Source: a virus
Virus record (IMG/VR): IMGVR_UViG_3300044692_000034
Coordinates: 1-64,000 of that record
Length of the DNA stretch: 64,000 nucleotides
Strand: one strand, 5' to 3'
The notes beneath the pieces are model-generated. The model made no database searches. It was given only the letters and a program-made list of their open reading frames with translations, and was not told the origin of the DNA. Numbering within the stretch: position 1 is the stretch's first letter; every line of letters begins with the position of its first letter. The position numbers and the translations under genes are program-made. Shown piece after piece: positions 45,971 through 57,049 of the stretch.

Positions 45971-46486
45971 TCAATTACGTAGCCGGCCGGTGAGTACAGG
46001 CTTTGCACGAGGGGGCCGCTCCCGTGGCGGGTCAGGTTTGCGCGGAGAGGGTGGCGGCGAACCTGCGTCCGAAGGGGGGTCCTCCTCCGGAGCCGCCACG
46101 GGAGCAGTACTGCCCCCTACCCGCTTCTTGCGCTCCGCAACTGGCTTCGCACGCACCGGTTTCTCCGTAGCAGTAGGCGCCTCCACGGCGCGTCCCCGGC
46201 GCAGCCCGCGTGCCATGCCGACGTACATGGACTGCGGCAGCTCGGGCTCAGGGTCTGCCGGCTCGGGTGGGAGGTCCGGCACCACCGTAAGTACGCGCCC
46301 ATCCTCCCCGGCAAACGTCTTCTTGATGCCCAGCCGGATGAGCTGACGGTCCATGAGCATCTTGGACCACGGGTCACCTTCGAGGATCAGCTCTATGAAC
46401 CTTGTGCGCGAGACGTCGCCGCGAGCCGCCTCAAGCGCTTCGTGCAGGTCGTGCTCAAGCTTGATGTTGACCGCGATCTTCGGCAC
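45971..46486 (-). CDS. RHH protein with long Pro/Arg-rich tail
   Basis: AVNIKLEHDLHEALEAARGDVSRTRFI. Confidence 0.7.
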   Translation of the reverse strand: MPKIAVNIKLEHDLHEALEAARGDVSRTRFIELILEGDPWSKMLMDRQLIRLGIKKTFAGEDGRVLTVVPDLPPEPADPEPELPQSMYVGMARGLRRGRAVEAPTATEKPVRAKPVAERKKRVGGSTAPVAAPEEDPPSDAGSPPPSPRKPDPPRERPPRAKPVLTGRLRN

Positions 46487-46707
46487 ACCCGGAGGGTAGC
46501 CACATCAAGGACCATCCGCGACCCTCCACGTACCGCCTGACCTTAGACGGGTGCCAGCCGATCATGTACTTGATGATCGGAGCGGCGTTGACTACGACGT
46601 CTCGCTGTACGACGGCGCCCGCCACGAACCCTCTCTTGCCTCCGGAGTCGACCCGGATGATTCCGTTGAGGGTTCCCGGCGAGTGCATCTCGACCCAGAT
46701 GCCTCGC

Positions 46708-47379
46708 CTACGACAAGTCGGCGACGGCTGGTCCACAGTCGATGCTTGCGCGGCGGTGCATGAGGAGCCGGCCGAGCCAGTTCTCGCCCCACAGCTCTTC
46801 GACGCCACCGTCCTCCTTGTCGCGACGTCCCCAGCACTTGCCCGGCGGCCGGCGAGCCCACCCGCCCGGCGGCTTGGTGACCCAGATGGCTCCCCACCTG
46901 ACGTCGCCCCAGGTGTTGCCCTCGACGAGCATCCTGTACCCGGTCTTGACCAGATTCTCACGCAGTGTGGCGTCCATGAACTTTTGGCACAAGAGCCATG
47001 CCATGCCCCACTGAGCGAAGCCACGATCCCAATCGGGTTGGAGGTCGTCGACGATGCCGCCCTTGGCTGACGGCTTGCCGAGCTTCTTGGACGCCCCGGC
47101 GGAGTCGGCCGCGAGGACCTGGAGAGCGACCTCAAGCTTGCTCGTCTTGAACGCTTGGAACGGTCGCTCGTTGCCGTTGACGATCAGAGTGTTGCCGACG
47201 ACGCGGACGTTGTAGAGCGCGGCCATGTCCTTGACCGCGTCCATGTCGCCTTGCAGCCATGTCACGTTCGAGAGGAAGCCATTCTCGGCACCGATGCGTA
47301 GCGCGATCAGGTGCCCATCGAAGAAGTTGCTCGCCCACGACATGTTGTCGCGGAACTCGTAGATCGGGCCGGCGGCCAT
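46708..47379 (-). CDS. NADAR (YbiA-like) family protein
   Basis: SNF, E..FQAFK, KKLG, QKF...L..TG...LVEGNTWGD..WG, GENWLGRLLM. Confidence 0.9.
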   Translation of the reverse strand: MAAGPIYEFRDNMSWASNFFDGHLIALRIGAENGFLSNVTWLQGDMDAVKDMAALYNVRVVGNTLIVNGNERPFQAFKTSKLEVALQVLAADSAGASKKLGKPSAKGGIVDDLQPDWDRGFAQWGMAWLLCQKFMDATLRENLVKTGYRMLVEGNTWGDVRWGAIWVTKPPGGWARRPPGKCWGRRDKEDGGVEELWGENWLGRLLMHRRASIDCGPAVADLS

Positions 47380-47668
47380 CAGGAGAACTCCACTCGCAGC
47401 GACTCCGGTGTGGTCGCGTACAGCGGCACGAGAACGCCGTAGTCCGCAAGATGCCCGTCCTCGAAGACGACATGCACGTACGTGGCCACCTCCGTTCCGA
47501 TGACCACCTTGCGCCGCTCGATCGAATGCACGTACCCAAAGGCGTCGCCGGTGCCGCTGACGCCAACCACGCGCACCGGCTCGTGGTCGAGCATCCGCTT
47601 CAAGGCCAGCTCCTCGCGCGTGAACGTCTTGGTGTAGGTCACTGAACCCCTTCCGTCGTGTATGTACG

Positions 47669-48100
47669 TCATGCGACTCCCTCGCGGCGCCACGCCGGGA
47701 ACGGAATCTCGTCCTCGTACCGCCACCACCGGTACCTGAACCCACGGAACCCCTTGACGATCGCGAGCCCTGCCGGGTGGCTCGTGCCCGCCGGCCCCGG
47801 GAGCGTGCACGCCACGGCCCCGCCGCGCCGCACAAGCGCGTAACCGCGCCCGTCACCACCAAAGCGCGTGCTGTACGGCTCCACCTCGACAAGCGGTGCG
47901 TAGCCGCGTAGATGCCCGTGCGCAACGACATACACGCGGTCACCGGGGACGATGTCCGGCCTGCGCTTGCCGATGTTGAAGCCGTATTCGAACTCGCCTT
48001 CCCATTCGACTGGCTCCCGGCATGCGTTGTCTGCCGCAAGGTCACCCTCGCACAGCCACTCCGACCACAACTCCTTCGGGACCGTTACGACGACGTCCAC
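47669..48100 (-). CDS. ASCH/PUA-like domain protein
   Basis: PGDRVYVVAHGHLRGYA...VKGFRGFRY. Confidence 0.65.
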   Translation of the reverse strand: MDVVVTVPKELWSEWLCEGDLAADNACREPVEWEGEFEYGFNIGKRRPDIVPGDRVYVVAHGHLRGYAPLVEVEPYSTRFGGDGRGYALVRRGGAVACTLPGPAGTSHPAGLAIVKGFRGFRYRWWRYEDEIPFPAWRREGVA

Positions 48101-48786
48101 GCGTCCTCCTTGAGCACGCCCACGAGCGGCGTGCCCGTGCGCCACTCGCGCGGCGGCGTCTGCTTGAGCGAGTTCCAGAAAGCTTCGAACGCTCGGCGGA
48201 GTTCGAGGCGGGTGGCGTGGTAGCCAGCCGTCCAGAGCCACATCCGCCTGTACCAGCCGTCACTGAGCGCGTCGATGTCCGCTTGCGTCGCGTTCATGTT
48301 CGCCATCTCAATCCTCTCGCGGTTCCGTGGTGCCCCAGTGACGCGGCCGGGACGTAGCCGTCAAAGCTTCGTCGATTTCTTCGTGTACGCGTGCGTCTCT
48401 CTCGCCGTTGAGCTTGTCGCGCTCGGCACGACGAACGTCCTCCGTGTACTTCTTGAGCAGCGTGAGAATCGGTTCGCCACTAGCAGACTTCGCCACAATC
48501 GTCGCCCGAAAGAACGCGAGATGCGCCTCATGAAATCCCTGCGAGTCGGTCACGGCCTCTCCCATCCTGCTTGGAATGCGTACCGGCACATCGGCTCCCC
48601 CCACCGGCACGACTCCCAGAACGTCTTCCCGGCACGAGCTGCTTCCTGCCCAGCCCCATACAACGCCGGGTACCGCGACTTCAGCATCACCGCATCCATC
48701 TCTGGTACGCGCTCCGTCGGGCCACGTCGGACCGGCTCAGGCACATCCTCGAAAGATGACGGTTGGTGGGGCACGAGAGCAGCAGG

Positions 48787-49188
48787 CTACCGGCTGTATG
48801 GCCACCGCGCTACGTCGAGACGTTCCCACTCGTTGTGGCTCGACTTCAGCGACGCGAACAACCTCACCTTGTCAAGGTCCTGCACCACCTTGAACGCTGC
48901 GTTCTCCCAGCGTTGCAGCAGCCGCCCATGCCCAGCGATGGGCTTGCCGTGTGCGCCGCTCAGCGGGTAGACGTCCCACACGAACCGCATGGTGTCGAGG
49001 TCGTCGGTGGAGTAGGGCGCGTACCCGCACCACACGAGCACACCAATCGCGTCAGGGTCGATCCACGGGATGCTCGTTTCGACGACGAGGTCACCGGGCT
49101 CGGGTGGATCGAGATCGCCGGCCTGTTCGTCGGCATACACGACCTCGCGGGCCGTCTCCACCACGAGCATGAGTTCGTCACGCGTCAC
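48787..49188 (-). CDS. Hypothetical protein
   Basis: PEPGDLVVETS...RWENA. Confidence 0.6.
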   Translation of the reverse strand: MTRDELMLVVETAREVVYADEQAGDLDPPEPGDLVVETSIPWIDPDAIGVLVWCGYAPYSTDDLDTMRFVWDVYPLSGAHGKPIAGHGRLLQRWENAAFKVVQDLDKVRLFASLKSSHNEWERLDVARWPYSR

Positions 49189-49408
49189 CGTGGATCGAAC
49201 TTCCTTCCCATGCCACGGGTTGGGACGACCTCGATCGTGCTCGGCTCGACGTCTTCGATCTCCACCCATGCACGATGGACGGAGACCGGGCCGCCGTACT
49301 CCTGCGCGCTTGCGATGACATCCACAGCGGCGGCGAGGGCCTTAGCGTTCAGCTCGTGGTTGTCGTTGTCGGTTGCGATCTTTAGGACCGCCATGCGCTG
49401 CGGCCCCA

Positions 49409-49798
49409 TCAGATGACGCAGACGGACTCGAACTTGCCCTTGCCGCCGTCCGGATTCACGAACACGAGCCCGTGGCAGCGGAGCACACCGTCACGCCCGT
49501 TGACCTTGGACTGCCACGAACATTGCGCGCCACCATCGGACGTCTGCGCGCACCCGTTGATCCTCCACATCATCGCCCACGGCTCATGGTGCTTCGGGCC
49601 ACGGCCGTGAGCGTGGTACTTGTGGCCCCACTGCCTGACGTGCCAGCCGACCTGCTGCTCCGCCTTGTCCATGGCGACGCTCAGGTCGACAACCGGCGGT
49701 TGTGTCTGCGCGAGCGCCGACGAGACGAGCACGCCGCCGGCGACGATGATCATGGCGATCGTGAGGTAGAACACGATCCTTGCCTTCGTACGATTCAT
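49409..49798 (-). CDS. Secreted protein
   Basis: Signal peptide ending ALA; four Cys. Confidence 0.7.
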   Translation of the reverse strand: MNRTKARIVFYLTIAMIIVAGGVLVSSALAQTQPPVVDLSVAMDKAEQQVGWHVRQWGHKYHAHGRGPKHHEPWAMMWRINGCAQTSDGGAQCSWQSKVNGRDGVLRCHGLVFVNPDGGKGKFESVCVI

Positions 49799-50248
49799 GC
49801 TGCTGCCCTTCGTGCGTTGATCCTGGCCTCCAAGTTGCGGCCGCATGGTACGCAGACCGCATAGAAGGTCCCCTCTTCTTCGTCGACGACGATCCTGTGT
49901 GTAGCGACGATTCCGTAGCGACCGACCCAGTCGCACGGCTCGCATGTCACGGTAGGCCCATCGAGTGGTTCGATGTACGGGCCTTCTCGCGGGAACTGGT
50001 CAGGGTCTTCGTCGCCGAACACCATCAGACGGTGTACTCCTGTATCCGCGCCTGCATCGCATTGACCTGCTGCTGCCACCAGTCGAGGTCCTCTCCGGCT
50101 TCGAGTACCGTGAGGATCGTCTCCTTCACGTACGCTGCGACGTGGTCGGCACCGTACAGGCACACAGCCGTGACAAAGAACGCGTCGTCCGTCACGAGCC
50201 TGCGCGAAATCTCAAGCCTGCGTTCGTCTTCTGTTAGCTGCGGCTCGC

Positions 50249-50710
50249 TCATGGACCCTCCGCGTTCGCGATCTCAAGCAGCACGTCCGCATGACAAGGC
50301 AGCGGAGCACACCAGCACACCAAGTGCTTGCCGCGTAGCGTACGCCGCGCCTGCTGTCTCAGGGGCTCTTGGCTGTCGGCAGCCATCCACGCGCGATATT
50401 CCTCAATCGCTCGCTCTCGTGTGAAGAACACACCAAGCGGCTCCTCATACGGCCCGATGTGCTCGCTCGCGACATTGAACGGGTTCCCCCACGATGTGGG
50501 GCGGCCCACGTACACCGCGTCCGGAGGTGCCAGCTCTGCGCCGCTGCGCCTGGACCAGACTCGCGGTGTGGGCGGCTCCGTGGCGCTGCTCATGTGGCAG
50601 CGCGCGCACTCGTAGTGGGCCGGCCGGAGCATGCCCACCGGCCGCCATAGGTGACGGCAGAACGGAGCCGGCGTTGTGTTCATGCCCTTTGGCACCCATT
50701 CGTCGGTCAT
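50249..50710 (-). CDS. DUF4326 domain protein
   Basis: VYVGRPTSWGNPF...LRGKHLVCWCAPLPCHADVL. Confidence 0.9.
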   Translation of the reverse strand: MTDEWVPKGMNTTPAPFCRHLWRPVGMLRPAHYECARCHMSSATEPPTPRVWSRRSGAELAPPDAVYVGRPTSWGNPFNVASEHIGPYEEPLGVFFTRERAIEEYRAWMAADSQEPLRQQARRTLRGKHLVCWCAPLPCHADVLLEIANAEGP

Positions 50711-51026
50711 GGCCACAGCCTCTCGTAGACCCAACCGGAGAAGTGCTTCCAGCGGAGAGCTAGCCACCGCCGCAGGTCGTACACGTCGTGCTTCAGGTAG
50801 TAGAAGCGGCCGGCGTTGTACGGCTTGATCCCGCGCTCAGCGCCTGACCGCCACATCGACTTCGACCATTGCCGTGGCTGACATGTCCATGATCTTGCCG
50901 TTCGCCTTGTGCACGCACATCTGGGTCTGCCCCGGCTTGATCTCGATCGTCTCGACCTTGCCGCAATTGCGGCACCACATGAACGCGTAGCCGAGCGGCG
51001 GGTCAATAGGAACGCTGCGAGTGATT

Positions 51027-51413
51027 CTAATCACGGCTCTCCAAGCGTATTTCGATTTGGTCGCAGCGGTCGAGCAGCCCGTCTAGCTCTTGGTTCAGGT
51101 GCGCCGATGCCATCACGATGAGCATCTCGTTCGTTGGTAGCTGCTCCCACGGACCGAACCTATCCTCCAGCGCCGAGCCCAGCACACCGAACGTCAGGTA
51201 TGTCGTCTCGTCCAGATACGGGACGCTCGAAGCGCCGCTCACCCGATTTACATCGACCACGACACCGCCGCTGGTGGTGAGCAGCACCACACCTGTCCCG
51301 AACTCGTAGCTGACCGGAGGCACGGGCGGGCTGGTGATTTGGTGCCGGTGCTGTGCGAGCCACTTCGCCGCTTCGGCGCCACAGACAGAGATCTGAATCT
51401 TCTTCTTTTTCAT
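51027..51413 (-). CDS. Hypothetical protein
   Basis: ATGA coupled to helicase. Confidence 0.6.
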   Translation of the reverse strand: MKKKKIQISVCGAEAAKWLAQHRHQITSPPVPPVSYEFGTGVVLLTTSGGVVVDVNRVSGASSVPYLDETTYLTFGVLGSALEDRFGPWEQLPTNEMLIVMASAHLNQELDGLLDRCDQIEIRLESRD

Positions 51414-53143
51414 CGTGCGCGGTGGCGCTTGAGCGCAGCCTCAGCCATGCGCCGCACGCGGTCGCCAACGTCCACGTTCGATGCTGACAACAGGTCGACG
51501 TCGGGGTTCATGATGGGCTCGGCCTGGCCGCGCTTGATCCCGAGCACCTCGAGGACGGTGGGATCGCTGCCGTATTCGCAGTTGAGGTAGTACGCGACCA
51601 CCGGGTCGTTCATGTCCATGCCGTCGCGGTTGAGTCGGCCGATGAGCTGGTCGTGCATTTTCGGTGACCAGTCAAGCTCACCGAAGACAACTACGTGGCA
51701 GACCTCTTGGAGGCCGTCGAGCCCTGCGCCGGCACGCAACGACATGAGCATCAGGCGGCACTCGGGGTCCTCGCGGAACCGCTTGAAGTTCGCGTCCTTC
51801 TGCTTGACGGACTCCGAGCCGGAGAACATGACCGGCTTATGGTCCTTGAGCTTATCGAGCATGATGTCGTAGACGTCGCGGTGCCACAACGCGAGCACAA
51901 CCTTGTCCTCCTCCTCCAGGAGCAGGTCGGTGAACGCAGCGACGTACGGTGCTTTGGCGATGCCGGTCGCGCGACGCATCTGCCAGTCGAGATCACCGCG
52001 TGCTTCGAAGAGTTCTTCGCGGGTGCCGCTGCCGCTGATGATCATGTTGGCGAGCGCGAGCGTCCCATGCGCCTTCAGCTCGGCGTCGAGGACTGACTCG
52101 TTGCAATCGACGATGTGCGGGACGACGACGACGTCCGGCAGTTCTTTGCCGACCTCCTTGCGCGTCCTGGCGAACAAGAGGTTCTCGGCACGTAGGTGCG
52201 ACCCGAGCGCACGCGGGTCGTTCACGATGATCTTGTCGTTTCCGCCCTCGTGGCCCCACGCGTTCTTGAACTCGGAACGTGTGCCGAGCGCGCCCGGCTT
52301 GATGACCTCGTAGATGTTGTGGACCTCGCCGCCGTAGTTGTAGACCGGCGACGCCGTCGCCCCCACGACGAAGAGTGCCTGCTCCGCGACGATCTGCGCC
52401 GCCGTGTACTTGTCGGACTCATCGCGACGGAGCTGCTGCGCCTCGTCGAACACGACGGTGCGCATGATCCCCTTGAGATGACTCGCCCAGCCCTTGAGCT
52501 TGTGGTACGAGCAGATGAGCACTTCGGGGGCGTGCCCGTAGTAGCCGCGAGTCGTCGTAATGTTGTAGACGGAACCCTTCCGGATGATGTGCGAGTTCAC
52601 CATCGGGAAGAATTTCGTGATCTCACGCTGCCACTGGAGTTGGACGTGGACCTCGCAGACGATGAGCATCGGCAACGCTTCGTAGTCGCGCATCGTCAGG
52701 AGCGTGGTGAGCGTCTTACCGAGCCCCACGTCATCACCGAGGATCAGCCGCTTGACCGCGAGGATCATGTCGCTGCCGGTGACCTGGTAGTTGTACGGCT
52801 CCATGACCGGCCAGTGCCCGTTCGGGCTCAGCGACCCGCCAGCAAGGATCTTCTCGACGAGGTCTTGGCCGTCGTCGTACTCGCGGCTGCGTGCCTTGAG
52901 CACCGCACTGTCCTTTTCGGACATGTTCATGGGCCAGCGCATGAGCGCCCACTCGAGGTTCTTGCTGACCTCGGGCGTCTCCGTGAACACGAGCGCGCCG
53001 GTCTTGTTCTGCTTCACCTGCCGGAAGATGCGTTTCATCATCTCGGTCACGTGCGGTGCGCAATTGACCGTCCACGTACCGTTGTGCTCACGGCCGTCGA
53101 CGAGCCCACCCGGTGTGTACTTGACTGTGCCGTACGTCTTCAT
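51410..53143 (-). CDS. SNF2-family helicase/ATPase
   Basis: DDVGLGKT, FDEAQ, TASPVYN, AGAGLDGLQ, ELDWSP, QLIGRLNRDG. Confidence 0.92.
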   Translation of the reverse strand: MKTYGTVKYTPGGLVDGREHNGTWTVNCAPHVTEMMKRIFRQVKQNKTGALVFTETPEVSKNLEWALMRWPMNMSEKDSAVLKARSREYDDGQDLVEKILAGGSLSPNGHWPVMEPYNYQVTGSDMILAVKRLILGDDVGLGKTLTTLLTMRDYEALPMLIVCEVHVQLQWQREITKFFPMVNSHIIRKGSVYNITTTRGYYGHAPEVLICSYHKLKGWASHLKGIMRTVVFDEAQQLRRDESDKYTAAQIVAEQALFVVGATASPVYNYGGEVHNIYEVIKPGALGTRSEFKNAWGHEGGNDKIIVNDPRALGSHLRAENLLFARTRKEVGKELPDVVVVPHIVDCNESVLDAELKAHGTLALANMIISGSGTREELFEARGDLDWQMRRATGIAKAPYVAAFTDLLLEEEDKVVLALWHRDVYDIMLDKLKDHKPVMFSGSESVKQKDANFKRFREDPECRLMLMSLRAGAGLDGLQEVCHVVVFGELDWSPKMHDQLIGRLNRDGMDMNDPVVAYYLNCEYGSDPTVLEVLGIKRGQAEPIMNPDVDLLSASNVDVGDRVRRMAEAALKRHRAR

Positions 53144-53508
53144 AGACCCGAGTTCATTAGCTGGTACATGGCAACACGCTTGCCACCCACCGTGCGCGGC
53201 ACGTTGCGGTGAGCGGTCTTGGTGGTAACGAGCATGAGCGCGGAGACTCTAGGAGACTGCGCGTAGCGCGCGAGCTGACGCTGTACATCACGCCACCCGC
53301 CCTTCACCTTGACTTCGACGCCGAGCGAGCCCCACAAGACAAAGTCGATGCGGTCGTGCTCGTTGAGCCTGACCTCCGCCTCATACGGGATGCTGTTGTC
53401 CTCCCACAGCCTGCCGAGTGCTAGCTGCAATAGCCGCTCAGACGTGACCAGGAACCTGGACTTGCCAAGCAGCACATGGACGACATCGATTTGCTCTGCT
53501 GTGGTCAC
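53140..53508 (-). CDS. PD-(D/E)XK nuclease-family protein
   Basis: EVRL...RIDFVL...GVEVK...QLARYA. Confidence 0.8.
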   Translation of the reverse strand: MTTAEQIDVVHVLLGKSRFLVTSERLLQLALGRLWEDNSIPYEAEVRLNEHDRIDFVLWGSLGVEVKVKGGWRDVQRQLARYAQSPRVSALMLVTTKTAHRNVPRTVGGKRVAMYQLMNSGL

Positions 53509-53770
53509 TTGCGGTACCGCCGCGACAGCTCGTCGAAGTTGAACTGCTCTTCCATCTCAGGAGTTGGGCAGCCGACCTGGAACGAAATGCCGGTGACCTT
53601 GTTCTCCCACGACACCCAGCGGCGGTCGTCCTCGCCGCCTTCCATGAAGTACTTGCCCTCTTTGGCTTCTTCGACGATGCGGTCGTAGTCCTTTTGAGTC
53701 TTGGCGTACGTGTACACCCTGACCGCATCGAGCGTGCACCCGCGTGGCAAGACCACTGTCGGCTCGTCGC

Positions 53771-54136
53771 TCACGTGTCCCCCTTCTCCATCGCCCACAA
53801 CGCGTGCGGCTGCACTATGCCACCGTCAGCCCGTTCGTAGGCTCCTGACATGAGCGCGTACTGCATCGGCCGGTCGTGGCAGGGCATGGCCCGCGCAAGC
53901 CTGTGGAAGGCAACGAGCGTGTCGGCCTCCTCGGCGTTCTGTATGAACGGGTTGTCCGGGAACCTGCGCTCGTAGGCTGCCTGCGTCTGCCACGGCTCAC
54001 GCGGCGGCTCCGTGAGCTGCTTGTCCTTGGACCAGTACCGCCGTGGAGAGCTGTCCATAACGTGTAGGGCCATGCCCGCAGCAAACGGCAGACCCCACGG
54101 CTCCCAGCCCCATGCGTTGACTCCGACGGTAGGCAC
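53771..54136 (-). CDS. Hypothetical protein
   Basis: TAGTG overlap. Confidence 0.55.
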   Translation of the reverse strand: MPTVGVNAWGWEPWGLPFAAGMALHVMDSSPRRYWSKDKQLTEPPREPWQTQAAYERRFPDNPFIQNAEEADTLVAFHRLARAMPCHDRPMQYALMSGAYERADGGIVQPHALWAMEKGDT

Positions 54137-55227
54137 TACTCGTCGTCTTCGGGCTCTTCGTCGGGCTCGGGTTCGATGAGCTTCTTGGTCGGGTCCGTCT
54201 CCGCAAGGAACTTCGCAACATCCTGATAACGACCGGCGACCTGCGAGAGCACTCCCTTGATCTCGTCCTCTCGTTCGACCTGCTCCTCCATGCGGTCCTC
54301 GTCGACGTAGCCGTCAACGGCATCCTTGACGAGTTGCACGAGGTCGGCAACAGAAAGCGCATCGAGTTCCCATGACTCGTACCCGTACCGTGCCACGTAA
54401 TCGCCGGCTCGTGAGTCGGTCAGCTTGGCGGGGTTGGGCGGCGGGTTGTACTGGCGGACCTGGTCCATGTTGAGCGCGATGCGGTCAACCTCGAAGCTGT
54501 CGGTGAGCGCGCCGGTGTACCAGCCAATGTCGTCCTGGCGACCCTTCGGTCCCTCTAGGCCGAGGTCTTGCGCCACGAACAGCGAGATGCGTTCGTGGAT
54601 GTCGCGGCTCATGTCCACGCCGCTCGGGTCGTGGTCGCCCAGATGGATGATGCGGACCCGCTTGCCCTCGTTGATCTTCTCGCCGATGCGCTGAGCCGCC
54701 GACCACATCTCCGACTGGCTCGTGTACCCACGGCACGAGAAGAACGGCACGTCCAGGTCCGGGCAGGCGTCCTCGAGGACGCCGACGAGTGCGTCCTTCT
54801 CGATCCACGCCTCAAGGTAGTAGTCCTGGTCGGCCCAGCGGTCGACCATGAACTGCTTCGCGGCGGCGCGGAGGAGCGGCTGCGGACCAGACCAATGCGG
54901 GTTTTGTTCGAGGTTGCGCGTGCGGTCGACGAGGTAGTCCCAATCGAGGTAGCCGGCGAGCCTCGCCTCGTTGAGAATCACGCCGAGCTTGTCGTAGTTG
55001 GGGGTCGCGTTCTTGGTGCCGTTCGGGTCCTTGACCCACCGCGTCCCGGTCCACGTGAACGTCCAGTCGTCGGGGAAGAGGTCCTGCGCGACGAACTGGT
55101 AGTAGAGCTGCCGGAGCGTCATGCTGTAACCCTGCGCCGCGTTCTCAGCGCAGATCCGCTCGGCCCAGTAGATGATGTACTGACCCGTCCTCTGGAAAGA
55201 CTTCTCAATGTACTGAACGCGTGCCAC
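54136..55227 (-). CDS. TOPRIM-domain protein (topoisomerase VI-A/DUF2399-like)
   Basis: TLRQLYY, WIEKDAL, CRGY, LGDHDPSGVDM, RIALN, WELDAL. Confidence 0.85.
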   Translation of the reverse strand: MARVQYIEKSFQRTGQYIIYWAERICAENAAQGYSMTLRQLYYQFVAQDLFPDDWTFTWTGTRWVKDPNGTKNATPNYDKLGVILNEARLAGYLDWDYLVDRTRNLEQNPHWSGPQPLLRAAAKQFMVDRWADQDYYLEAWIEKDALVGVLEDACPDLDVPFFSCRGYTSQSEMWSAAQRIGEKINEGKRVRIIHLGDHDPSGVDMSRDIHERISLFVAQDLGLEGPKGRQDDIGWYTGALTDSFEVDRIALNMDQVRQYNPPPNPAKLTDSRAGDYVARYGYESWELDALSVADLVQLVKDAVDGYVDEDRMEEQVEREDEIKGVLSQVAGRYQDVAKFLAETDPTKKLIEPEPDEEPEDDE

Positions 55228-55812
55228 TACTCCCCTCCTCTCCGGCCACCAGTGGCCACGACTCCCATGTCTCGCGGGTCAGTACGTCGAACCCCCCGGC
55301 CGTTGCCGGCATCCACGGCCGGTCCTTACCGAGCCTGAACGCCACGCACACCGCCTGCACGTACGGTACTTCAGGCGGCCACCATGTCTCAACCCCGAGC
55401 CGCCGCATTCCATCGGCACTCTCGCGCACCTCGCCGATGCTGAGCCTGTCTGTGACGGCACTCACGAGACGTAGAAGATGACCGGCAGGCACGGTATAAG
55501 ACAGACGTACACCTTGCCGTTCTCGCCAACGAACACGCCGCACCAGATGTCGCGCCACACGAATTTGACGGTGATGCAGAGCCACGGGCGCAGATACTCG
55601 GCATGCGAGGCAAGAACCTTGTACCGCAGGTCAATCCCTCCGTCGGGAGTGGGTCTGAGCGACAATGGCTCGGCGTCGTCGATGATGTTGATGACGCGTT
55701 TCTTTAGCGGGATCAGTCTCATAGCGGTTTCGTGTTCTCCGGGTGCAGCCACTCGCCGCATTTGCAGATCAGCGTCTCGATGAATTCGCCGACCCAGATC
55801 TTTCTGTTGCAG

Positions 55813-56292
55813 TTAGGACAGCGACGCCACACGGTCTCCTCCTACGCTGTCGTATAGGTCAAGGCTTACGCGCTCGACCCCGTCGTAGGCGTTGAACGAG
55901 ATGCCGCACCACAGCGATGCCTTGCCTCTGATCGGGTACCACCACGAGCCGTCTGTGTCGGCCTTTTGCGTGTCCCAATCCTTCGGCACGCCGTACTTGC
56001 GCCTGACCGAGTCCTTGTTGTCTCGGTCGGTCAGGCTTGCGCATTGGCTCGGGACCATGTACCCGTCGCCTTGCTTGACCTGGACGACGACGTGGCGTAC
56101 CCCGTTCGGTGCCGGCGTGTGCAGTCGATGCGCCGTCACCACGAGAGCACATGCGCACACGACGACCATTGTCACGATGCGTGTCCATGGTTGCCGCCAC
56201 GAGAACGAACTCGCAGACGACTCTGTCTCCCCTTGCATCGGAGACTTCCTCTCTGGCCCCCTGCCGTACAGATCATCCGCACGTCGTGCCAT
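55813..56292 (-). CDS. Membrane-anchored extracellular protein
   Basis: TM segment then VRRKYGVP...WWY motif. Confidence 0.6.
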   Translation of the reverse strand: MARRADDLYGRGPERKSPMQGETESSASSFSWRQPWTRIVTMVVVCACALVVTAHRLHTPAPNGVRHVVVQVKQGDGYMVPSQCASLTDRDNKDSVRRKYGVPKDWDTQKADTDGSWWYPIRGKASLWCGISFNAYDGVERVSLDLYDSVGGDRVASLS

Positions 56293-56711
56293 CAGTTCAC
56301 GAACGTCCTTCCGGCTCTACGGTCCACTTCGTGCTGCTCGTAATGGTCATAGTGCGTCTCCTCGATGCGCTTGAAGTAGCGCTTGAGGTCTTCGACTTCG
56401 GGCCGCTCGAACAACCTGTTGCGGGTGTTGCAACCCGGGCAGATGAACTGGCCCTCGTCCATATGCCAGCGGTCCCCGCCGGTGCACCCGTGCGGACCCT
56501 CGTACCAGTGCGTCTGGATGTACACGAGGTTCTTGACGGCGTACCGCCGGCCGCAAGCGTGGCACATGACCCGAGTCTTACGCTTCGCTTTGTTGACCAG
56601 CGTCCTTATGCGCGACGCCTCGACCTCCGTAGCCCTGAGCTGTTCGAGCAGCCCCTCCAGCTCAGCCGGCGGATACACCTTGGACTTCTTTGGACGTAGC
56701 CGTGTGGCCAT
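56292..56711 (-). CDS. Zn-ribbon protein
   Basis: CHAC...CPGC. Confidence 0.7.
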   Translation of the reverse strand: MATRLRPKKSKVYPPAELEGLLEQLRATEVEASRIRTLVNKAKRKTRVMCHACGRRYAVKNLVYIQTHWYEGPHGCTGGDRWHMDEGQFICPGCNTRNRLFERPEVEDLKRYFKRIEETHYDHYEQHEVDRRAGRTFVN

Positions 56712-57046
56712 TACTCCAAATCCCCTCCCGGCCCCGGCGGGATACGCCCCTCATCGATGAGCTGCTGCGCCCGTGTCTGCGGCACGAGCGGCGGCAACCC
56801 ACGAGCACGACGCCACGCTTGCTCAGCGTGGTACGCACCCTGAGCCTGTGTCATAAACGGGCCTTTGTGTGGTGGCCGGAGCCCGGACTGCGGCTCCCTG
56901 TCCTGCGGCATGGCCTGGCAGAAGTGGAGCCTGCACCGCTTGCACCGGCCTCCGTCGTTCTGGCCGTGCCAGCAACCGGGGCAGTAGTGCGTACAACCCG
57001 CTTCCTTAGCCTCCTGGAAGCGGGCCATCTTCTCCTGCGTGACCAC
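56711..57046 (-). CDS. Cys-rich hypothetical protein
   Basis: CPGC, CKRC. Confidence 0.55.
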   Translation of the reverse strand: MVTQEKMARFQEAKEAGCTHYCPGCWHGQNDGGRCKRCRLHFCQAMPQDREPQSGLRPPHKGPFMTQAQGAYHAEQAWRRARGLPPLVPQTRAQQLIDEGRIPPGPGGDLE

Positions 57047-57049
57047 GAG

